Source of the DNA: Camelus ferus
Lineage: Eukaryota
Assembly: GCF_009834535.1 (NCBI RefSeq)
Contig: NC_045696.1
Coordinates: forward strand, 96,164,001-96,228,000
Length of the DNA stretch: 64,000 nt
Reading direction: 5' to 3'
A program made the position numbers and the translations under genes. The notes beneath the pieces are model-generated. The model was given only the letters and a program-made list of their open reading frames with translations. It was not told where the DNA came from and did no database searches. Position 1 is the stretch's first letter; every line of letters begins with the position of its first letter. Below, in pieces: positions 11,654 to 23,410 of this stretch.

Positions 11654-12697
11654 ATGATGAGCTGCATGGCCAAGGCAATCACACTGCAAGTAACGTGAGC
11701 GATGGACCAGGAATGAACACCACCGTTAACAACGAATTTGACACCATCGTCTTGCCTGGGCTCTACCTCGTTATATTTGTGGCAAGCATCCTGCTGAATG
11801 GTCTAGCCGTGTGGATCTTCTTCCACATTAGGAATAAAACTAGCTTCATATTTTATCTCAAAAACATAGTGGTCGCTGACCTCATAATGACGCTGACATT
11901 TCCCTTTCGAATAGTCCACGATGCAGGATTTGGACCCTGGTACTTCAAGTTTATCCTCTGCAGATACACTTCAGTCCTATTTTATGCAAACATGTATACT
12001 TCCATCATGTTTCTTGGGCTGATAAGTATCGACCGCTACCTGAAGGTGGTAAAGCCATTTGGCGACTCTCGCATGTACAGCATAACTTTTACGAAGGTTT
12101 TATCTATTTGTGTTTGGGTGCTCATGGCTGTTCTGTCCTTGCCAAACATCATTCTAACAAATGGTCAACCAACTAGGGAAAATATTCATGACTGCATCCA
12201 GCTTAAGAGTCCCTTGGGAGTGAAATGGCATAAGGCCATTGTCTATGTCAACAGCTGCCTGTTTGTGGCTGTGCTGGTGATACTGATCGGATGTTACATA
12301 GCCATATCCAGGTACATCCATAAATCCAGCCGGCAATTCATAAGCCAGTCGAGCCGAAAGCGAAAACATAACCAGAGCATCAGAGTGGTGGTGGCTGTGT
12401 TTTTTACCTGCTTTCTGCCCTATCACTTATGCAGGATTCCTTTTACTTTTAGTAACTTGGACAGACTTTTAGACGAATCGGCACACAAAATCCTGTATTA
12501 CTGCAAAGAAATGACACTCTTCTTGTCCGCAGTGCAACGTGTGCCTGGATCCAATAATTTACTTTTTCATGTGTCGCTCATTTTCAAGAAGGCTATTCAA
12601 GAAATCAAATATCAGAACCAGAAGCGAAAGCATCCGATCACTGCAAAGTGTCAGAAGATCAGAGGTCCGCATATACTATGATTATACTGATGTGTAA
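11654..12697 (+). CDS. GPR87: G protein-coupled receptor 87 (P2Y12-like class A GPCR), main coding exon; contains an apparent +1 frameshift at 12531/12532
   Basis: Acceptor 'ctccccacttctcctacag|AT' at 11653/11654. 7TM hallmarks (DRY, CFLPYH) and near-identity to GPR87 as recalled. The canonical tail [14 protein letters not shown]...IYYDYTDV* continues in the shifted frame to TAA 12695-12697. 34+1044-1=1077 nt = 358 aa + stop. Confidence 0.97.
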
Positions 12698-12754
12698 GAG
12701 TTAAAGGCCACCAGGCCTTCTCTTGTTTGTTGAAGTTAAAATGTACAAAGTGTA

Positions 12755-12760
12755 AATAAA
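12755..12760 (+). terminator. GPR87: Polyadenylation signal AATAAA of GPR87 (short 3' UTR)
   Basis: AATAAA begins 58 nt after the stop codon and is followed by a T/GT-rich tract. Confidence 0.7.
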
Positions 12761-13824
12761 TGTGTCTTTTCATTATCTTTGCCTGAGCCCATCAAAATAT
12801 GGATGAAAAGAGAACTGAAATGGTATGAAATCAAGGTATAATTTGGAACCAAGAAAAACATTAAGGCATGCCAAAAAGTGAAATCAGCAGGAGGTGGTGG
12901 GCAGCTGAGTGGCAGAGGTCACGGCTCAAAGTTTAAGGAGCAGATTGCAAGGGCAGAAAAGGCCACAGCAATGCCAGCGCACTATACCCGCCTTCCAGGA
13001 AATGTTGATGCTCTGAAGCCACTTTTGAGAGAACAGAAAGTATAGAGAGCTCTATCTAACCCTGAGCCTTAAGATTTGGGAAAGAAAATGCTGCATTCAA
13101 CACAGCTCACTAATTGCAGATACAATAGAGTAAATATGGATTTCTAGGTCTTCTTGTCATTCCTCCTAGTAACCACCTGCAATTTTTGGTCATCATCCCG
13201 TCTCTGTTTATCAATGTCTTATGCCTGTTAGAAAAGCTTGCATGTATGGTGTGGGGGTAGGCAGGAGACGGTTCAACTTAATTTTTTTAAGCAATGTGTT
13301 TGAAAGATTGAATTCAACTAACTGATTTTAAACTTAGGTTGTTTCAGAGGGGAGAAAAGTGTGAATGAGTACTCAGACAAGTGGATTTTGGAGAAAACAC
13401 TCTGAACTTACGCCTGCCGTTATTATACCAATATGCTGTATTTGAATTCTCATATGCTAAGGGTAGAAACATAGATGGTGGATATGTACACACAGTATGT
13501 TAAAAAGACACTGAATAGTCTATTTTAGAAAAACTATTAGTAAAATAGTCTTCTGTTTAAGCTCTATCCCATCTTTAATAGGCATATCAATTAGTTTAAA
13601 AATAACACCTCCAGTTGAGGAATAGCATAAATCAAGTCAAAAAAGTTTAAGAGTAACCCTTTAAATCTTAGCCTTCATCCTTTTCCAAAGCCTGCAGCTG
13701 CCTGACCACTGACTAGATGCCTCATCTATTCCTGTATGAGGAGCCAGGAAGCAGTAAAAGAATGTAAGCAGTAAAAGCAGCTGCGAAGGCATGTTCGTGG
13801 ATGAAATGGGGACAAATCACGCAA

Positions 13825-13847
13825 GCGTGCGCGCGCGCACACACATA
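13825..13847. repeat. Alternating purine-pyrimidine microsatellite (GC)n(AC)n
   Basis: gcgtgcgcgcgcgcacacacata. Confidence 0.8.
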
Positions 13848-14280
13848 AAGTAGTACGATACTTGAATATAATCTGAAAAACTCTAAAAAGTCAAAATGAG
13901 CAAAAAAAGAGAGGGGAGGGGCCACAGATAACCTAACAATGACTGCCGTGGTGAGGTTCAAGAACAGATTAGGGAATCTAACAGGTGAGTCAGGTTGGGC
14001 AGAGGGGACAGTAGCAAAGGGGTTAAAACAATTATCTGAGGACCTTTATCAAAATATCTACCTCTCCATCAAGACTTCAATTCCAAATAAACTCCTAGAC
14101 ACCTCAGTTGGTCACGGGAATAGCCACTACTACCCCCAATGGTACCCACTAGCTGGGTTAAAATAGCCATGCTTTAGACTAAGCAATGTAAAAAGACAGT
14201 TTGAAAGGCTAATTCTTTTCTCCACCCTCCCCATAAAACCCAGGATGAGTGACAGCTATCCTATATAAATAGAAGGGGTG

Positions 14281-14410
14281 GGGGTGGGGGTATAGCTCAG
14301 TGACTAGAGTGCATGCCTGACATGCACAAGGTCCTGGGTTCAATCCTCAGTACAATCAGTTAATCAATCAATCAATACCTAATCCTCCACCAAAAACAAA
14401 AAATTAAAAA
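14281..14410 (+). mobile_element. tRNA-derived SINE, camelid Vic-1-like
   Basis: A-box 'tagctcagtgactag', B-box 'gggttcaatcc', (AATC)n/'acctaatcctcc' tail and A-rich end. Confidence 0.85.
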
Positions 14411-17400
14411 CAAAGGGCAACACTGCAACTGGGAAAAAACTCTCATCAACACAAGTCCTATCCTCTCTTTCCCCTATTTCTCTCTACATCACAGCTCTCA
14501 GTCAAATATCCCAGTCAAAAACGGTATTACCCACTTTACCGTGTGTGTGTGCGTGCACACATGCACGCAGGCTGTTAAATGCACGGTCACCTTAGAATCC
14601 CATTCGGCACTCTGGAATTTACCAAACCCTAGACCTTATTTAATCCTCTAAAATTCAGGCCTCAATTCTAAAAAGGCCCTTAAAATATTTCAATCCCACT
14701 ATAATGTTTCTAAAATTGGACTGCTGTTGGGTTACTGGGTATAATTAATGTAATGGTGATCCTATCCACTGAAATTTCATTATTAAATCAATGGGACATC
14801 TTAAAACATTGACTTAGGAAGAAACAGAAAGAAAGCATTACTTCCCCCCCTTTAAAGCCGTATTACAAAAACATCAAAATCATACTGCTTGTATTTTATG
14901 CCCACATTGCACTCACAAAAACTACTTATCTGGGCCAACCAAGAAAGAATCATTTACATGACTAAAATAATATCAACAGGAATAACACGAAATACTGCGC
15001 TAATGTCATAAGTCAATACAAACTACTGCATTAATACCGAAGAAAACAAGAATTCTATCTGATTGTTTCTAAATTATCAGTTAAGTCAAAACCAATCTTA
15101 AATTTGAAATCTAAAGTTTCTAACCTGGAGCTTTTGGACTATATTCAGTATTTCAGGATCCTCTCAAGCCAGCAATAAATAACATAGTTATTCTTTCTTT
15201 TATGTAAAAGGGATACATATTCCGGTAATTTCAAAAAGAAATTTTTCTATTATTCATATAACTTACATGAATGGAAACTGACCTTGTAGAAAATCTTCTG
15301 ATGTGTGTATTACTAACTCTGTTGTATTCATTATACCAGTTATATCATTTTATTCTCATTTCCAAAAAGGATACAAGTATTTTTTTCCTCAACTAAAGCT
15401 TTAAGGGAATAGTAACTAGGAGAGTCTATAAATTTAAGTTACATAGCTAACTCAGAAGTGTACATAGACAGTACAACTTAAAACATAAGTTTTATCATCA
15501 CCGTGGAGAACTATGATATACTACAGAGAAAAAAAAAAAACTTAAAACAAGGGCAAAATAAAGCTTGGGGATCACTTAAATCTCATAAATTAGTATTTTC
15601 TCCCAGGCGGACCACAAGAAGACAGCTATCAAATCAATACTTACTAGGCACAAACCTTGTAAAAAAAAAAAAAAAAAGTTATGCCTAATGTCATATTTTA
15701 AATAATCTTGGGATATATCTAAGTGAAATGTGAAAGTAAGTGTCTCTTAAGATCAAACATTTTCAAATTTCAACATAAATCAAACATATGGTAGATGCAC
15801 ATTTTGCTTACCGCCCCAGCCTCTAGCACCATCTGGTGATAAAATTCATGAACCAACTGAAGAAAATGACTTGTGTTCTGTTAATATCATGTAATTACAT
15901 AGTAACATGGCCTAGCCCTTCCCCACAGCATTTCTTCAGCCGTCTTTAGTGCTAATGTACACAAAAAACAGTCCCGGAGCTGCCTAGAAAAATATAAGCT
16001 GGAAATGTTTGAAAAAATAAAGCTGACCTATAAAATTATCTTACAAATGTAAAAAGAACAGAAACTAAAAAAGCTGCAATACCATCGATTTCATGGGGAA
16101 AATGGAGCAAATATTGACTGCTCTTTCCTAAGTGACATACAAAAAATTTTTTGATTAAATATACTTGATGATTTCAAAAATCATTCATTAGAGTTGAAGA
16201 GGGAAGAATAAGACTGTCAGTATTAAATTTTTAACTTATCAAGAAATGCATGGGATTCACATGTTGACTTGTGTTTCGAATATTCTTAAGTTTTTAATAG
16301 TTTTTAAATAGTCCTTAAAAATCACACCCAAAGCTTAAGATTGTTAATACTGGCCCTAACCAAAATACCTTCAATAACACTGAAGCCATCTGTCAATTAT
16401 CAAAAATAATTATCTCTGTGTTTTTTCAAGAAGCCTGAATCATATCACATGTGTCTTTAGATTTTTTATGTTGTTTTATGCAGTAGAGTAATACCACCAT
16501 TAAATACAATGGAAAAATGAGTATATAAGGAAATGAATATTGGGCAGAACACTTATACTATATAAATTTGGATACATCTAGATCACGGCCTCTTAACCCC
16601 ATTAAATCCAATGCACTTTTTCTGTGAGACATGTTTCAACATCTTTTTAGTACAGTGATATAGAAGCCATACATAATGTAACGCATCTGCACACACAGAT
16701 CTCATTTTGCATGGTAGTGAGGGACCATAAAAATGTGGACTGCATCACGCTCTCTCTACCTCATCCAAGGAGGCTCCTTACCCTTGAACCTGATTAACAG
16801 CACCACCACCCGCCCAGGAACCTGAACTGGAAATCTGAGTCATCCTTTGCACCCGCTTTCCCTCACCCTCCTCAACAACCCTGCACACAATCTTGCCGAT
16901 CCGCCCTCAGATGTGGTGGACAAGACAGACCTCTGTCCCTGCACTGGGCTTAGCTCAGGCCAGGGGGAGGCTGTACAACGTCGCGGACCAGCATGACCCT
17001 GGGAGTCCGGCAGGCCTCCCGCTGTGTGCCCTGAGGAGAGACCAACCTACCACAGCCTGATTTTAATCTGCCTGCACTACTGCTGGAGGCCTCAAGTTTC
17101 TACCCTAGTCCCTCACATCCTCTCTTCTAGTACCTGCAACACTGAACGCTTATTTTCTAACAAAACAAAAATAGCTAACTTTTATCGGGCACTCCCTACA
17201 CACTGGACATTGTTCTCAGCACCTGACCTGTATCAACTACCTTCATCCCTTTGACAAGCCCCTGAGGAAGCACCAGCATCCATCCTAATGTTCCCAAGGT
17301 CGCACGGCTCAGATAGGCTGTCGCTGGGACCTGGACTCAGGCCGTCCGGTCCAGAAGCTCCAGTTTTAACTGTGGCTCAATCCTGAAATGAAACGCGCAC

Positions 17401-18503
17401 CTCAAGGTATCACTAATACGACTGAAAGCCTTGCTAATTATTTATGTTATCAAATGCTGGGAATGCAAACAAACCGTATCAACACTGCAAATAAGGCTGG
17501 GGTCGGCACTGAGAAGCCCTCTTAACCAAAGCCTCAATAATGTCTTTCCTAGACATGAAAGATCATCCCCACTGTTAAGAGAACATTAAGCCCACCCATC
17601 ATGCATACTGATCATTTTATTCCCTTATGATTCACAAGAGCCTATCATTTGTGATGAACACCTAGATACTTCTGAGAATAGAAGGTGTCACTTGCTGAGC
17701 TGACAGGACAGGTATAAACTGAGACAGCGAGGGCCAGCCTACATGAAAATCCCTGTCTCCATTAGGAGTGTGTTACCCAGTTAAACAAGCAGCTCGGGAC
17801 AAGGGAAAAAGGACTGCAGGAATCAGCCGTTTCATCAGTGAGAAGCCCCACTGTGAAGCTTCTTCCGTCCAGTTTACTAGCACCAACTATGAGCCCCTGG
17901 ATGCCGAGTTAGCAACAAAAAACTCTAAAGGATGTTCCCTGGGAGTGTGGATAACGGTTTCTGGGTTAGTGCTCATTGCCAGCGGTTTTGTTTATAGCCA
18001 CAAGAATGAACCCAGCTCACCCAAACTGAAGAGTTTTTATTTGCCTGAGCTTCCTGAAGGAATACATAATCTAAATTGTAATTTTAATTCTCTCTCTCCT
18101 CCACAGCAAAACCATCACGAATCTTTTGTCACACTACTAAGTACAAAATGTATGATTGGTATGATTTCAACAGGATTCTACAGAGGGAGGCTGCGTGTGC
18201 CCTCCCAACGCACAGGCCTTCGCGTGGACAACTAAACAAACAGGCTGATCAGGGCCACCTGAGGACACTGGTGTCACTCACAGTACACAGTTAGATAAAT
18301 GCCTCCTACAGGAGGTCCACAAGGCTCCTGGAGGAGGAGACGGTGGGCTCCCAGTCATGATTAAGTCACACAAGGGGAACCACATGTCCTCAATTCAACT
18401 CACCTCAGGATCCCCCAGAATTACACAAGGGCAACAGTCAGACACAGCTCCCAGAATGGCCCATTCAAGGACTGAACACAGAAACTCAGCCTCATTGATT
18501 CTT

Positions 18504-18840
18504 TTTTTTTTTAAGACCTCTATCTTTCAACCTATGAGTTGAGTTTATTTTTTTATAGTCAGTTACAATGTGTCAGTCTCTGCTGTACAGCATAATGTCC
18601 CAGTCATACATATACATACATATATTTGTTTTCATACTCTTTCTCATTAAAGGTTATTACAAGATAATTGAATATAGATCCCTGTGCTATATAGAAGAAA
18701 TTCTTTTTTTTAATCTATTTTTATGTATAGTAGTTACTATTTGCAAATCTCCAACTCCCAAATTTATCTCTTCCCACCCTCTTTCCCCTGGTAACCATAA
18801 GACTGTTTACTATGTCTGTGAGTCTGTTCCTGTTTTGTAG
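18504..18840 (-). mobile_element. 5'-truncated lineage-specific L1 (3' UTR) with target-site duplication
   Basis: T-rich tail on the left, L1 3' UTR-like body, 16-bp TSD agcctcattgattctt (18488-18503) / agcctcactgagtctt (18841-18856), 14/16 identical. Confidence 0.85.
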
Positions 18841-19350
18841 AGCCTCACTGAGTCTTCATTCTGATTATGCCGCCTGGCCCACACAAAACAAGACAGGAAT
18901 CACCACTGTACTCCATGGAAACTAAAGAGATATATGCAGCTCTCTACGGCATTAATTGTCTAAGACCACAAAAAATTTCTCAGTCCCACCGCCAAGGAAA
19001 CTAAATGGCCAAAGATAACCACACAACCCTCACACAAACCAGAAATACAAACAAGTGTGCTGAGCTAACATCAGTTTGTTGGACAGAGAAGAAGGTCGAG
19101 TCTACTAATTTCAGGTGTGGCTTACTCTTAAGGTTTAAAAAAAATAATGAAAGAAAAAAGAAAAAGAAACTGGATGAGATCACCCACAGCATTTCCCTTG
19201 ATTTTGGTTAACCTCAGGCAAGTTCCCTGAAGTCTCACCACCACAAAAGCTTCCCTTAAACTTGCTAGTGCCTGTTCATCCCACATGTCACCACAGCATA
19301 AACAAGCGACATCTGTTTATCAGAACAACTCTGGGAAAGTTGTTTTATCC

Positions 19351-19857
19351 AATTGATAAAAGAAATGTTCACATATTGGGTTAGGAGGCCATTCTGTCTT
19401 CTACATGAGTTGACTTGAATTTTATGCTAGAACAGCCTGTTTGTGACCCATCAAATGCATACTGCACACCTGCTGTAACTATCCATTATTAAAGAAAAGC
19501 ATGCACTGATCAGAAGAATGACCATCTTAAATATAAAGGTTCAACGCCTCCCTTCCTGGGATGCCAATGTTTGTCCTCCTTTGATGAGAAGACTCCCTTC
19601 CCAGGTGCCAAGGCTATACTCGCTGTGGACTTCTGGTCTGTTTTTGTTTTTTAAACCTTAAAGGAATGTATCCCTCACTTGTTTGATGTACTTTCTTCTA
19701 ACAAGATATAAAACTGTGCTGAAAACCATGCTTATCCCAAGCAGTTCCTCAGAGTTATCTGAGAGGCTGTCTCCCTGGCTATAGTCCTTAGTTTGGTACA
19801 AAAAAAAACTCTTTTCTATTCCTATTATAGATTGTTGATTGACTATTTTCATCAACA
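19351..19857 (+). mobile_element. ERV1-class solo LTR (MER41-like)
   Basis: About 500 bp; TATA 'tataaaa' near 19707, 'cagagttatctgagaggctgtctccc..gctatagtcct' motif, ends '...ttttcatcaaCA' with a partial inverted match to the start 'ttgataaaa'. Confidence 0.7.
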
Positions 19858-22800
19858 TAATAGAAATGAAGTATTAATTCTCTACATTCTAAAGTCTCAT
19901 CCCAGCTCAAACTTCTCTCAGTGACTTCTTAAGGCTCATGTTCCTAACTTGTTCTAACGACTCACTAAAAAGCTAAGCAGTTAGAATACTAAGCAAATAA
20001 ACCAGTGTGCTTATAAAGCAGTGTGCTCTCCTCTAAGTGACCTGTCCTAGGACGAATGTTACACAGGTCAGGGGTCCAAAAACCTACCAAAGGAGCCCAA
20101 GAATGTGCAGATACAAATGATTAGATGATTTGATGCCCATGGGATAATATTATTTAAAAATATCTAGTCCTTGCTTTCAGATTAATCCCATCATCTCACT
20201 TGTCTTTATGTACAGATCCAGACAGAGCACATACTCAGGAGAGAGGCAAGGACTATCCCCTATGTTGGCAACATACATTCACTCAACAAATGTTGCTGAG
20301 AACCTGTTTTAGGAGTGGGCATTGAGGACACCAAAACCAGCCAACAAGGACAGCCACTGCCCATTCCAGCTAGAACTCATACAAAAACATAGGTCCCGTG
20401 GGAAGGATGCTAACACCACCAAGATATCAGGGACAGTTTCAGGGATATTGAGAATTGAGGTGAGTCTTAAGAGCAAACGAGAGCAAAACAAAGATAATGA
20501 GAAAGGATACATCTGGGAGCTTGGAGCGATAAAAGAAAATGCCCTCTTCTGTTTTATAAGCATCTTTCCAAAACACCATACACAGAAAAGGACACACATG
20601 AACTGAAGATTTCGTTTTTGTGACTATTGAAGTTCTCAATTTTGACTCTTTGCTAATATCAACAACTGAAATTCATTCCCTCTGATTTTTTAGGTTAAAT
20701 CTAATCTAATATTAACAACACAGAAAATCTGGTTGAGCAATTCAACTGAGACTAGGTATTCAACTCAACATCAGTGCCTACCCCAAGGTGAGGCTTTGTG
20801 AGCCAGCTACAAAATCTATAAATACTGCACATCAATTCATTTTATAAACTGTTACTTCTGCCAGTCTTCCAGAAGGTGGAGACATTGTACCAGACATTTG
20901 TTTCTCCAATTAAAATTCTCAGATTAAGGTAAACACACAGTTGCCAATGAATTCCTGTGCCTGTCACTCATTTCAAGAGGTTAAAATCAAAACCAAAAAA
21001 AAGCTTTGTTTTATAACACAGCAACTAATTATGTTTTAACGACATAATTCCTGCCACCCTCTTCCACTACCCCAAATCAATGCACTGACTTTGGCAGAAT
21101 TTAATGCTTCACATTGAAAAACACAAAAAGGCATGTCTGCATTCCATGTTTGTCTACCAGATTACTCTTTTAAAGCACATCTTTAATTATTTCACCACAA
21201 AGCTTGCACGTCACAGCGTAGTGAGTTCTGACACCTCAGCATGACAATTAATTATGTCTCAGCCACCTCTGCTGACTCTCCTTCACCGGTGCCTTTGCTC
21301 CCACCATTTGTTTCATCCCAGACTGACCTTCACCCCCTTCTAGAAATAAAAGAGCCATCTAGCAAGAACCACTTCAGATACCAGCTCCTTCCCAGATCCT
21401 TTTAGAGGGCAACTTTCAAACTCACTCCCTTTAAATTTCTCTATACTTTCCTGTTTACACTGGGCCTTGTACTAAAATCCTCTGTGTACTTAATAAATTC
21501 TCAACATTCAGTGGATTCCTGTCTGCAACCACGCCCCCCACCTAATACACACACACTCAGCCCCATTCTAAATAACCTGCCAGTAAAGCCTTTTTTCTTT
21601 TTTTAACTTTTTAAAAATGATGTATCCCAGCAAATAGCTCCTATGGTTAAAACAGATTCATTGAAAATGTTCATAGCTATCTAAACGTCCATCAACAGGG
21701 ATTGACTAAAACAATATGAGATCCTACAAAGCCATGAAAAAAAGGTATAATTGTATAGAGCTAACATGAATAAGTCCCCAAGACAGCAAGTGGGAAAAAA
21801 GCAAAGTGCCCTGGTGTGTCTAACTGTCCAATGAAGCAAATGGGAAAATCAGGAATAAGGCAATAACCATAAGGTTTGTTTTTTCACTTAAAAAAAAAAA
21901 TAGATTGCAGAGTAAGGAAGAAAGTCAGACATTTATAGAAGTTAAGTAATCCAGCTTGTAAGGCAGTTGTTGACAGGCTGGATGGAAACTGACTGGAAAC
22001 AATAACAGATTTGCAGATTCCATGCGTTAAACTCACTCTATTTGTAGTATGAATACACAAGGGACATTTATATATAACCAGTCTTATTACTGACAATGCT
22101 GGGGAATGGAAATATGTGTGTGTCTGTGGGCCTGCGGGGTGGGCTGTGGGCGGCAGTCGGATCGGGGGTATGTAGAGGATCCTGAGATTTATCAGGATGA
22201 AGTTTTACAGTATTTTAATCCTAGGGTTCCACGAAACAAAATGGGAAGAAGTTGAGGGAACATAGAACTATTTAGCATAAATTAAAGCATCACAGACAAG
22301 AGGAAAACAAAACATTGATTACGGTTTTCTTTTTTTGATAATTAAAAACCCTGAAAGCAAAGAACATGCCCTCTACATATTTTTATTATTGCTGTTATCA
22401 TTATTACCATCATCATTATTATTTTATTATTTATTTTGTATTGAAATTGGTGTTTGGTGCTGCATAAAGCCAAACTAATCATCATAACAAAATACCTAGT
22501 TAAAAAAATACATAAAGATATGATCAATAGTGTTTGTCAGGATAAAATATTTTTGCAAACATTAGCAAGATACTTATTCCCAATTCTAACAGAGAAAAGT
22601 ATGTACAAGCTAATCTGCACATTTAAGTATATCCACAAGGTGCCCAGGATAAATCTTAACTTTACATCCTGTGTTAAATTATGTCTGAGCTTTCCATAAG
22701 TATGCCCACGTTCCCATAAGCTCCACAGTCTGGGACACCTGGGGCCAGTTTTCAAAACCTGGGTGACAAGGTGAGGTGCATAAATAAAGGAAGACACCTC

Positions 22801-23279
22801 TCTGAAGACATTCCTGCTAAGAAGAGGGAGTAACAGCAGACAGTGTAAGAAAAGATTTATATAGTCCATTGACATTCAATGGGGAAAAAAACTGATGAGA
22901 GAAGACAGACTGAAATATAAAACTCAAGGCCCCAGGAGAAGTCAGACATCATTGTTTTTGTTGCATAAGCCCCTTTGATACTCTTCCTTCCTCCTTGGGT
23001 TTCACTTAATCTGTGGGCAATCTAGTCTTACTCTCTACCTCTTGTTCTCTCTATGAATCTGTCGTTTCATTAACACCACCCTACCAGGACTCTGGTCATC
23101 ACAATTTCTGCTTCCAGCGCACAGGTCTGCACAGGTGTCCAAAGCTATGGCAGGAACTGGTAAGGGCTCAGGCAGCCGGTGTGAGCTAGACCAAACATCC
23201 AGGGCATCCGCCTGGAAGATAAAAGTTCCTCCAAGTGTTCCAAGTTCAGAGGCCCCACATCTGGCCACATTTCTGACTC

Positions 23280-23410
23280 ACCCAGCTACTTTTGAAAATA
23301 TAGAATCCTGAGTCAAAAACACAAGGATTCTAATTGATTCATTTGAAGTAGGGTCTTGGACTCTGCATTATTAAAGCTCCCCAGGAGGTGCTGATGGCCA
23401 GTCAGGTATA
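23280..23410. mobile_element. MER5-family DNA transposon fragment
   Basis: 'ctctgcattattaaagctccccaggaggtgctgatggccagtcagg'. Confidence 0.5.

Noticed and set aside
12154..12426. 90-aa antisense ORF inside GPR87
   Set aside because: Shadow ORF of the coding strand; no recognisable homology, not MED12L-like.
11695..12681. ORF-track 328-aa protein taken as the full gene product
   Set aside because: The GTG start is internal Val; the true start is ATG 7340 in the upstream exon. The last 49 residues result from the frameshift.
14281..14352. tRNA-like sequence (also 30720-30791)
   Set aside because: Has a SINE tail, and the second copy has a TSD; these are tRNA-derived SINEs, not tRNA genes.
17768..18235. 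155-aa ORF, the longest outside GPR87
   Set aside because: GTG start, no recognisable domain or exon structure; consistent with chance.
21130..21152. p53/p63 response element candidates (AGGCATGTCT here; also GGACATGTTC near 824)
   Set aside because: Only one good half-site each; not distinguishable from chance without ChIP data.
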